Translations under genes and position numbers: made by a program
The notes under the pieces: model-generated
What the model saw: the letters and a program-made list of their open reading frames with translations, nothing else
Databases searched by the model: none
Told to the model about the DNA's origin: nothing
In this document: piece by piece, positions 1 through 7,244 of the stretch
How the letters are laid out: every line of letters starts with the position of its first letter
Position numbering within the stretch: position 1 is the stretch's first letter
IMG/VR virus record: IMGVR_UViG_3300020468_000037
Span: 1 to 31,796 of that record
Source of the DNA: a virus
Taxonomy: Duplodnaviria > Caudoviricetes
Reading direction: 5' to 3' (one strand)
DNA: 31,796 bases

Positions 1-2
1 AA

Positions 3-599
3 ATTACTGCAGAGATCGACCAAGAGGTTCTTAACTCATTAAGAACTTTAGCAGGTGCGGCTGAATCAGACGTTCAATACGATCAAAACGCAGTATCAGG
101 TACAGCAACATTCGTGGGTGATGAACACGCGGCGTTGGCTGTTATGATAAACAGAGCGGCAAACAAAATTGCACAACGTACAAGACGTGGTGCTGGTAAC
201 TTTGCAGTGGTATCACCGCATACGTTAACAGTTCTTCAGTCTGCAACAACTTCAGCGTTCGCAAGAACAACTGAAGGTACGTTCGAAGCACCAACTAATA
301 CTAAATTAGTAGGTACTTTAAATGGTGCAATGAAAGTTTACGTTGACGCTTATGCATCAGATTCAACTGATGTATTAGTAGGGTACAAAGGAACATCTGA
401 AGCAGATGCGGCGGCGTTCTATTGTCCTTACATTCCATTAATGTCAAGTGGCGTTGTACTTGACCCATCATCTTTCGAACCAGTTGTGTCTTTCATGACT
501 AGATACGGATATGTTGAGTTAAACAACACTGCTTCTTCATTAGGTAATGCGGCAGACTACCTAGCAAGAGTTAGTGTAGCAAACGTAACATTCTCGTAA
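3..599 (+). CDS. gp23: T4-like major capsid protein, C-terminal part (5'-truncated by window edge)
   Basis: The frame is open from base 3 (ITAEIDQEV...). It carries gp23 hallmarks: AANKIAQRTRRGAGNF, KVYVDAY, VGYKG..EADAAAFYCPYIPL, DPSSFEPVVSFMTRYG. The ORF-track GTG start at 114 is internal. Confidence 0.95.
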   Translation: MTAEIDQEVLNSLRTLAGAAESDVQYDQNAVSGTATFVGDEHAALAVMINRAANKIAQRTRRGAGNFAVVSPHTLTVLQSATTSAFARTTEGTFEAPTNTKLVGTLNGAMKVYVDAYASDSTDVLVGYKGTSEADAAAFYCPYIPLMSSGVVLDPSSFEPVVSFMTRYGYVELNNTASSLGNAADYLARVSVANVTFS

Positions 600-616
600 G
601 AGATTGTAAACTTATT

Positions 617-646
617 AAAAGGGCGGCTTTATGTCGCCCTTTTTTT
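617..646 (+). terminator. Rho-independent terminator after capsid gene
   Basis: AAAAGGGCGGC-tttat-GTCGCCCTTTTTTT: GC stem plus U tract, 17 nt after the stop. The A-run upstream makes it potentially bidirectional. Confidence 0.9.
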
Positions 647-694
647 ATGGCTATTCAAAATAGATATTTTGGTAAACCTTTTTGTATTTTTCGG

Positions 695-723
695 TTGCTT
701 TTATTTTCAAACAATGTTATATT
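695..723 (+). promoter_or_regulatory. sigma70-type promoter (-35 TTGCTT, 17 bp, extended -10 TGnTATATT)
   Basis: TTGCTT at 695-700, 17-nt spacer, TG at 715-716, TATATT at 718-723, AT-rich upstream. The predicted +1 (~729-731) coincides with the 5' strand of the RNA closing stem. Confidence 0.7.
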
Positions 724-728
724 AATAT

Positions 729-960
729 TAACTTTAACACAAACTAAGAGAGTTATAAACTCTTAGCACTTGTGGCAGAACAACCCTTCGGCAGGGGGGT
801 AATGCACACTAAAGTCTTTTACGCGGCCAAGTGGCTAGGTTTAGGCGGAGGTGGTTGGAAGTAGGTATCATATCTAAACCTTGCAAAATTCAGATGTGAT
901 CTGCTTATCGAAAGTTGGAGGTGAGTTCACAGCAAGGCCTCCCAAGTAGTGTTATAGTTG
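729..960 (+). ncRNA. Candidate structured non-coding RNA (~230 nt, multibranch), family unknown
   Basis: The 5' and 3' ends pair (729-740/949-960, 11 of 12). Internal stems: 744-750/760-766, 767-772/828-833, 783-789/794-800, 834-845/873-884, 891-895/899-903, 915-921/938-945. It is GC-richer than its flanks and followed by CTCCCTTTTT. Confidence 0.6.
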
Positions 961-973
961 CTCCCTTTTTCCA

Positions 974-981
974 GATAAATA
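974..981 (+). promoter_or_regulatory. T4-late-like promoter GATAAATA
   Basis: One mismatch to the T4 gp55 consensus TATAAATA. The same motif recurs in intergenic positions throughout the window. Confidence 0.65.
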
Positions 982-986
982 TATGT

Positions 987-1409
987 ATGAAAGACGAATA
1001 CACATCGGCCTTTCACGACATTGTCAAGGAGGCATCCGAGACTACGGGTTATCAATTGCCATTAGAAATTGAGTCCTATGTAGTGATGCTCCTTGCTGAC
1101 AAAATAGATAAACCAAATTTTTTACCCAAAACAACATTTGCAGAGGAATTATTACAAATCCAAAATCATCGATTGAGAGGAAAAGAACTAGGAGATAGTG
1201 CTCTATTCCTGTCAGGTGTATTCCCTGAATATTGTGAAAATAAGGTGTCTGTTAGTTACTTTGTTGAGATAGGCAGTACAAGTTATACCATGTGTAGTAA
1301 ACACCTACACAGCGACCTCTTTGAAGCATTAAGCGGTAATTTTAACTTCATCCGCGAGTTTATAAACGTAAGTGTTCGCAAGCCTAACCCATTATTACAT
1401 ATTGGATAA
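987..1409 (+). CDS. Conserved hypothetical protein (140 aa), probably leaderless
   Basis: ATG at 987 (MKDEYT...) is preferred over the TTG at 915, which lies inside the RNA. Motif KELGDSALFLSGVFP..VS.SYFVEIG..SY; function unknown. Confidence 0.75.
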   Translation: MKDEYTSAFHDIVKEASETTGYQLPLEIESYVVMLLADKIDKPNFLPKTTFAEELLQIQNHRLRGKELGDSALFLSGVFPEYCENKVSVSYFVEIGSTSYTMCSKHLHSDLFEALSGNFNFIREFINVSVRKPNPLLHIG

Positions 1410-1412
1410 ATA
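1405..1412 (+). promoter_or_regulatory. T4-late-like promoter GATAAATA
   Basis: Overlaps the stop codon of the previous gene and lies ~100 nt upstream of 1511. Confidence 0.65.
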
Positions 1413-1413
1413 C

Positions 1414-1510
1414 TTTTGTCATAGGTGTGCCACATAATTTTGGTGGACTTATGGGGACAAAACCCCGTAGCAGATAGAACCTGCATCGGACTCTAAATAG
1501 GAGAAACAAA
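1414..1510 (+). promoter_or_regulatory. Structured 5' leader (candidate cis-regulatory RNA)
   Basis: Hairpin CATAGGT..CCAC/GTGG..ACTTATG (1420-1453), then GGGGACAAAACCCC, then CCGtaGCAG/CTGCatCGG, then SD AGGAG. Confidence 0.45.
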
Positions 1511-2128
1511 ATGGGAAGACCAATTAATAAAAAACACATTGGTGATGGAGCAGGAAAGATCCAAGTGACTGCGGTTAAATTCGCGGCAGGTGGAGAAGTG
1601 ACTACTGAATCACACATTGTAAACCAAAGGTCAGCAAACAAATTTACTGTTACTGACGGAAGTAAAACAGAAGTATGTACACTTGTAAACAAGTCCATAG
1701 GTGGCTTAGGTGCAAGTGAATTCTGCATTAATGTAACTGATAGTGACGGTGTTACTAAACAGATTACAAAAATGTATAACAGAAAAATGCAACTCGAAGG
1801 ATCGACTAGACATAAATGGTCACGTGATGCTTCAGGTGCCTCAACAGCGATTGAAAAAACAATCACTGGTGCAACTGCGGCTAATCCAGTAGTAATTACA
1901 TCTGCGGGACACGGTTTCAGTAACGGTGATAAAATTTCAATCAGCAAAGTAGTTGGGATGGTTGAACTTAACGTTGAGACTGCATTTACAATAGCCAACA
2001 AAGCAACTAACACATTTGAATTGTCAGGTGTTGACGGATCGTCATACACTGCATACACTTCAGGTGGTATTGCAACAAAGGCGGCGGCAACTTCTGGAAG
2101 TATAGTAGTTGACGCACAGGCGTCGTAA
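1511..2128 (+). CDS. Putative virion structural protein with C-terminal E1-FCCH-like beta-barrel
   Basis: Good SD. ITGATAANPVVITSAGHGFSNGDKI.I..V.GMVELN...TFEL..D.S.YTAYTSGG is the FCCH-like module common in phage tail proteins. Confidence 0.7.
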   Translation: MGRPINKKHIGDGAGKIQVTAVKFAAGGEVTTESHIVNQRSANKFTVTDGSKTEVCTLVNKSIGGLGASEFCINVTDSDGVTKQITKMYNRKMQLEGSTRHKWSRDASGASTAIEKTITGATAANPVVITSAGHGFSNGDKISISKVVGMVELNVETAFTIANKATNTFELSGVDGSSYTAYTSGGIATKAAATSGSIVVDAQAS

Positions 2129-2135
2129 TAAAGTT

Positions 2136-2167
2136 TATAGTGTAGGGGAGCAATCCCCTACATTGTA
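2136..2167 (+). terminator. 14-bp GNRA-capped hairpin (weak terminator or processing/stability site)
   Basis: TATAGTGTAGGGGA-GCAA-TCCCCTACATTGTA; there is no immediate U tract. Confidence 0.55.
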
Positions 2168-2185
2168 TAATTAGGATTTTTTAGA

Positions 2186-3151
2186 ATGTCTAAATTTGTT
2201 AATGTTGCAAACGGGAATTATAAACTAACTGTTCAACCAGGTGGTACCATCACTATGGACACTGGGGTTGCATCTGGACAATTTATTGTCACAGGTGACC
2301 TGACAGTACAGGGTGCAACGACTTTTGTTAGTTCTACAAACATAGACATCAAAGACAATATCATTACTTTAAACAAAGGTGAAACTGGAGCAGGTGTAGG
2401 CTTAGGAACTTCAGGAATAAGAATAGACAGAGGAACTTTACCAGATGCAGAAATTGTATTTGATGAAACTATTACTTACAACGAACCTGTAACACAAACA
2501 ATTAAACAAGGTGCGTTCAAGTTTAAAGATGAAAACAATGATAACGTAGGATTTTTTCTTACACACATTGCTACAGGCGGATCAAATTTAAATTTAATTA
2601 ATCAAGGTACAGGTGTCATTAATGTATCTGGAACAGCCAACTACGAAAATCAAGTTCAGTTTGATGATGACATTCCAAACAGGAAGTTTGTAGTAGATAG
2701 AATTCAAAATGCCTTTTTAGGATTTTCAAGTCCTCAAATTACAAGTGGAGACACACAGGTTAAAGTAACTGATATAAGCGAAGACAGTACTATATCACAA
2801 GCATTTGTAGATATTAATGGGCAACGCACTGCAACATTCTTTGAGGAAAGAACAGAATTATTTGACATCATGTTTAAAGGTTCTACGATTAGTTCATATC
2901 TTAGTAACAGTGATTTAGTTTTAGAATCTCCAGGAACTGGAAGTATTAGAATTGATGACACATTACACATTAATTCAACACCAGGATTAGATGACTCTAT
3001 ATTGGATCCTGCGGCTCCAACAGATGGTGTTAAAATATATGCTAAAGCCGAAGGCAATGGAAATACTGGTATCTATTATGTAAATAGTACTAGTGAAAGA
3101 GACGAATTAATTAGTAGAAACAGATCTCTACTATATGGAATGTTATTTTAA
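2186..3151 (+). CDS. Putative tail fibre/baseplate structural protein (321 aa)
   Basis: Fibre-type motif GDLTVQGATTFVSSTNIDIKDNIITLN...SGIRIDRG; G/T/S-rich; hydrophobic C-terminus LLYGMLF. Confidence 0.65.
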   Translation: MSKFVNVANGNYKLTVQPGGTITMDTGVASGQFIVTGDLTVQGATTFVSSTNIDIKDNIITLNKGETGAGVGLGTSGIRIDRGTLPDAEIVFDETITYNEPVTQTIKQGAFKFKDENNDNVGFFLTHIATGGSNLNLINQGTGVINVSGTANYENQVQFDDDIPNRKFVVDRIQNAFLGFSSPQITSGDTQVKVTDISEDSTISQAFVDINGQRTATFFEERTELFDIMFKGSTISSYLSNSDLVLESPGTGSIRIDDTLHINSTPGLDDSILDPAAPTDGVKIYAKAEGNGNTGIYYVNSTSERDELISRNRSLLYGMLF

Positions 3152-3160
3152 GGAGGACAA

Positions 3161-3493
3161 ATGGCACTAGCAAATTCATTAATTGGATCAACTAACACAA
3201 ATATCGTAGTTGTACCATCTGGAAAACAGTATGCTATTTTGACTTTAATGGTATGTAACACTGCGGCAGAAGATCCAACAGGATCAAATGACAGTAAATT
3301 TGATTTACACTTTGTTCCTTCAGGACAAAGTATTGGTGCAGTTAATCAAGTTTGTAAAGAAATAAATGTTACTGGTGCAGAAACATTTACTTTTGACACA
3401 GAGAAGATGGTATTGAGTGCAGGTGATTCCATTGTTGCTGTATCACAGGCTCCATTAAATTTGTCAGCAACTGTAAGTTTTTTAGAGGTATAA
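3161..3493 (+). CDS. Small virion protein, ~105-110 aa adaptor family (copy 1)
   Basis: SD AGGAGG. T.(V/I)Y/V.VP....I..L.VCN...K.VL..GD...A......S.LE pattern shared with 10963 and 25759. Confidence 0.7.
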   Translation: MALANSLIGSTNTNIVVVPSGKQYAILTLMVCNTAAEDPTGSNDSKFDLHFVPSGQSIGAVNQVCKEINVTGAETFTFDTEKMVLSAGDSIVAVSQAPLNLSATVSFLEV

Positions 3494-3494
3494 G

Positions 3495-3998
3495 ATGAAA
3501 TTTTTGAAGGCTCAAACTACTAACATACGTGGTATCCAACACGGTAAAGGAATTTATTTCGATGCCGATGAAGGTGTACGCATGGAGTCTACAAACTCTT
3601 TAAACATACCAAGAGGAACTAACGCACAAAGACCTAGCACTGCCCAAATTGGACAGATAAGATACAACACTCAGGAAAATTATGTTGAATTTTATCAGTC
3701 AGGTGTTTGGAAACCTATCAGATTACAAGAACCTACAACAATAACACAACAAAGTTTAGGTAATGGCGACGGCACTGAAACAGTGTTTGGTCCATTAGCA
3801 AGTGGCGATAGTGCTTTTCCAGTTCCTAATGCGGCACAGAACGTTTTAGTATTGGTAGAAAACGTTTTTCAGTTATCAACAACAAACTACACACTGGTAC
3901 AGAACCCGGCGGGAAAAGCCGCAGGTTATTACATACAGTTTACAACAGCAGTTCCTTTAGGAAAGCCTGTAACTGTATTACATAACTTCGACAAGTAA
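3495..3998 (+). CDS. Putative virion structural protein (167 aa)
   Basis: Contains IPRGTNAQRP....GQIRYNT....EFY...W, a module also found twice in each of the 946- and 1237-aa proteins. C-terminal GDGTETVF...VLVENVFQ module. Confidence 0.7.
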   Translation: MKFLKAQTTNIRGIQHGKGIYFDADEGVRMESTNSLNIPRGTNAQRPSTAQIGQIRYNTQENYVEFYQSGVWKPIRLQEPTTITQQSLGNGDGTETVFGPLASGDSAFPVPNAAQNVLVLVENVFQLSTTNYTLVQNPAGKAAGYYIQFTTAVPLGKPVTVLHNFDK

Positions 3999-4210
3999 TG
4001 TCTAGCAACGGTATATCACACTTAGAATTCAAAAGACAACGCCAAGAACAAAAATTAAAATTGGCCGCTGAAAAACGTGCGGCTACAGGCAAAAGATCTA
4101 CACTTAAAAAGGGTTTAATGCCTACGTTATACCAAGCAGGTAATAACGACACATCTAAAAAAAAGCAAATAGAAACCGGAACTTTAACTACTGGCCGTCC
4201 TTGGAAGTAA
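3998..4210 (+). CDS. Small basic hypothetical protein (70 aa)
   Basis: TAATG overlap with the upstream stop; fills the gap to the next late promoter; K/R-rich; ends GRPWK; Ala-Ala codons follow the genome-wide bias. Confidence 0.7.
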   Translation: MSSNGISHLEFKRQRQEQKLKLAAEKRAATGKRSTLKKGLMPTLYQAGNNDTSKKKQIETGTLTTGRPWK

Positions 4211-4216
4211 TATTCC

Positions 4217-4224
4217 GATAAATA
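4217..4224 (+). promoter_or_regulatory. T4-late-like promoter GATAAATA
   Basis: Intergenic, followed by SD AAGGAG and ATG at 4244. Confidence 0.7.
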
Positions 4225-4243
4225 TAGTTAAGGAGTACTAACT

Positions 4244-7084
4244 ATGGCTTTGGGAAGAATTTCAGGACCGCTTTTAAAAAGCAACTTACAGAGAACATCA
4301 GATCTAGCAGTAGAAACTAATCTATTATACATTGGTCATACTGATGGAAAGATTGGTATCAAAACAGTAACCAGGCCTAGAGACTTCACTATAGACGGTA
4401 CTGCTAAATTTAGAAATTCAAGTGCTGGACAACCAGACCTATACATTAATAATTCATTAAACTTAGGAAACTTAACTGTAAGTACAACCGGTATTGATAG
4501 TTTAACAGGATCTATATTCTTAAATTCTGCACAAGATATTACAGTAGGTGGATTGGCTACAAACCAAATAAAGATAGATGGCAATGCTATTTCAACTTAT
4601 AATACAAATAGTAACATTGATATTAGACCAAACGGTATTGGAACCAATGAAATTGTAACAGCAGGTAAAACTGTGAGAGTCGAAGGTAATACAAAAGCAA
4701 CTGGTAACATTACATTTGACGGTAGTGTTATCATTGCTGGTTCGGGCGATGAAGATAATTTTACAATCAATGCAGATATAGTTGGTAATCTAGTTCCAGA
4801 TGTAACAAACACATATGATTTAGGTGTAACTGGAAAACGCATGAGCCTTTATGCCGAAGAAGTTACAACTAATAGTGTGTTTACAGAAAATTTAATTTAC
4901 CAAGGCATTGATTTAACAAAACGTGTTGGTAACATATATGTTGCAACTAACGGATTAGATTCAAACGTCGGTGATACGGTACAAGGTGCAGTGCGAACTA
5001 TACAAAAAGCATTGACTATTGCTACCTCTGGACAAGTTATTAATATAGAACCTGGAGAATATGAAGAAGCATTTCCTTTACAAGTACCAGCAGGAGTAAC
5101 AATTAAAGGTAGAGACCTAAGAAATTGTATTATCAAACCAACAACTGCAACAAATGACAAAGATTGTTTCTTATTAGATGGTGAAACAACAGTAACAGAC
5201 GTATCAATCAAAGACTTTTATTATAACAGCACGGACAACACAGGATACGCATTTAGATTTAGAAGTGGTGCAAAGGTAACGTCAAGGTCGCCTTACATAA
5301 TGAACATAACTGTTATTACAAAAGGCAGTGTAACCAGTGCAAGTGATCCAAGAGGCTTCGCACAAGGAGACGCTGGTAAAGGTGTTTACGTAGATGGTGA
5401 AGTTTGTGACCATGATACAAACGAAGCAAGTATGTTATTCCATGCCGCAACATTTATTACACCTGGTGTAGATGGACTTACAATGACTAATGGTGTCAGA
5501 GTAGAATGGCTAAACTGTTTTACATACTTTGCAAACAGAGGAATATACGCAATCAATGGACCAGGCAGATGGAGAAGTGATTCTGTTTTAGTAAAAGGAG
5601 CAGAAATTAGATCAATAGGTAGTGCCTGTGTATATGGAAATATAGGTGCCGAGGCAGATGGTGCCAATTGTTTGATGTATCTAATACAACACAATATGGC
5701 TTACGTTGGTTCAGGCAAAGAAGTTACCAATGATAAAACTTTAATTAATCAAGCAAACGAAATAGTTGAAGCAAACAGCGGAAATGTTTATTATCAAACA
5801 GTAGATCAAAGCGGTAACTTTAGAGTTGGTGATGATTTTTTCATTGACTTTGAAAAAGGAACAACAAGCATAGATACAAGTTCCATTGCAGGTGGACTTA
5901 CAAGTTTAAAAATTACTACAGGTGGGCAAGAAACTTTATTAGACGGTTCAAAAGTCCAAACAGGAAACATTAGAGTTGCAAGTCCTAATAAAATTACTAG
6001 CACAACTGGTGATATAACATTTAACAGTATAACAGGAACACATAATATTAATACAAGTGTTACGGCTCCAAACATAACAACTGGAGGCAATGTAACTTTA
6101 GCAGGATCTTTAATTAAGTTTGGTGATCAACCAAGCGATACTATTGATTTCAATACACCTTTTGCACAAGACATTAAACCTAATACGCACATGGTTTACA
6201 ATTTAGGAAGTCCAAGCAAACGTTGGTTGAACAGTAACCTATCACAAGCACTTATTGATGATTATAGAATATATGATAATGTAATAGAGCAAACATCAAC
6301 AAATGCAAACATTGAATTACGTCCACAAGGCACAGGTAAAGTAGTATTTGACAACATCACTGCTAGTGAGAATACAATAGGAAGTACTGACAGTACTGAC
6401 ATTAGATTAAACGCAACAAAATTTACTATAAGTGCAACTGGGTCAGCAGAATTACCAACAGGAAGTACTGTTCAAAGAAAGAACCAAGTAGGGGATTTTA
6501 GATATAATGCAACCTTTGGAGAATTTGAAGGAAACAATGGCGGAACAGTATATTTTCCTACAATGCGTGATAGTGATAGAGACACTTACATCAACTTAAA
6601 TGATAACCAATTTAGATTTGTAGCAGATGGGCAACAAAACACCTTATTGAATCAACATATATTACAAACAACTAAATTTACAAGTGATAGTAAGTTCAGC
6701 ATTGACGGAAATACTATTACATCTGCAACACCAGACGCAGATATTAACTTTTTTGCAAATGGTTCAGGCGGAATACCATTTGAAGACATTGAATTCAAAG
6801 GTCAAACTGTAACAAATAAACTAAACACTCCATTTAGATTCGGATTGGCAGATGTTTACAGTTATTTGAAGTTTGATAACGTATATGGACTTGTTGTGCC
6901 AGCGGGTGTTAATGCAGATAGACCTAGTACGCCTGAACAAGGTACTACACGTTGGAATCAAGACCAAGGATATTTAGAAACTTGGAACGGAACACAGTGG
7001 GTTTTAGCGGCAGGTGGTGGTGCATCTGTGACGGAAGAATACGCACAAGATATCAACTTTTTGTGGGCAACTTTACTAGGCTAA
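4244..7084 (+). CDS. Large virion fibre/appendage protein with pectin-lyase-like beta-helix region (946 aa); paralogue of 7245
   Basis: YVATNG.D..VG...TIQKAL...I.PG.Y.E.FPL.VPAGV.IKG beta-helix entry motif; DQSGNFRVG; N.NI.(L/I)RP.G.G repeats; P.G....RP modules. Confidence 0.75.
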   Translation: MALGRISGPLLKSNLQRTSDLAVETNLLYIGHTDGKIGIKTVTRPRDFTIDGTAKFRNSSAGQPDLYINNSLNLGNLTVSTTGIDSLTGSIFLNSAQDITVGGLATNQIKIDGNAISTYNTNSNIDIRPNGIGTNEIVTAGKTVRVEGNTKATGNITFDGSVIIAGSGDEDNFTINADIVGNLVPDVTNTYDLGVTGKRMSLYAEEVTTNSVFTENLIYQGIDLTKRVGNIYVATNGLDSNVGDTVQGAVRTIQKALTIATSGQVINIEPGEYEEAFPLQVPAGVTIKGRDLRNCIIKPTTATNDKDCFLLDGETTVTDVSIKDFYYNSTDNTGYAFRFRSGAKVTSRSPYIMNITVITKGSVTSASDPRGFAQGDAGKGVYVDGEVCDHDTNEASMLFHAATFITPGVDGLTMTNGVRVEWLNCFTYFANRGIYAINGPGRWRSDSVLVKGAEIRSIGSACVYGNIGAEADGANCLMYLIQHNMAYVGSGKEVTNDKTLINQANEIVEANSGNVYYQTVDQSGNFRVGDDFFIDFEKGTTSIDTSSIAGGLTSLKITTGGQETLLDGSKVQTGNIRVASPNKITSTTGDITFNSITGTHNINTSVTAPNITTGGNVTLAGSLIKFGDQPSDTIDFNTPFAQDIKPNTHMVYNLGSPSKRWLNSNLSQALIDDYRIYDNVIEQTSTNANIELRPQGTGKVVFDNITASENTIGSTDSTDIRLNATKFTISATGSAELPTGSTVQRKNQVGDFRYNATFGEFEGNNGGTVYFPTMRDSDRDTYINLNDNQFRFVADGQQNTLLNQHILQTTKFTSDSKFSIDGNTITSATPDADINFFANGSGGIPFEDIEFKGQTVTNKLNTPFRFGLADVYSYLKFDNVYGLVVPAGVNADRPSTPEQGTTRWNQDQGYLETWNGTQWVLAAGGGASVTEEYAQDINFLWATLLG

Positions 7085-7119
7085 AAAGAACTGCTTACTT
7101 AACTACTTTACCAAAATCA

Positions 7120-7127
7120 CATAAATA
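7120..7127 (+). promoter_or_regulatory. T4-late-like promoter CATAAATA
   Basis: Intergenic ATAAATA core ~120 nt upstream of the GTG start. Confidence 0.6.
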
Positions 7128-7132
7128 ATAGT

Positions 7133-7244
7133 AATGCAACAATGGCCGACCAAGCCGTTGCAGGACAAACCGCGGTTAACCAGCGATTGGGTAGGTCAAG
7201 ATAGGTTAGTGGGACAATAATGATCCCCGTGTTAGGAGAATAAG
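7133..7244 (+). promoter_or_regulatory. Structured 5' leader (candidate cis-regulatory RNA)
   Basis: GC-rich island. Stems TGCAAC..GGC/GCC.GTTGCA (7135-7162), 7175-7181/7204-7210 and GGGA/TCCC, then SD AGGAG at 7234-7238. Confidence 0.45.

Noticed and set aside
729-960. tmRNA, RNase P, tRNA, hammerhead or group I intron identity for the structured region
   Set aside because: The diagnostic conserved motifs were not found, so it is kept as an unknown ncRNA.
915-986. TTG-start N-terminal extension of the 915..1409 ORF
   Set aside because: It has no SD, overlaps the structured RNA, and lies upstream of the late promoter. ATG 987 fits better.
7163-7216. Resemblance to a c-di-GMP-I riboswitch (GG.CAAACC...GUGGGAC)
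   Set aside because: It lacks the GNRA tetraloop/receptor and the GCAAAG junction, and the spacing is wrong.
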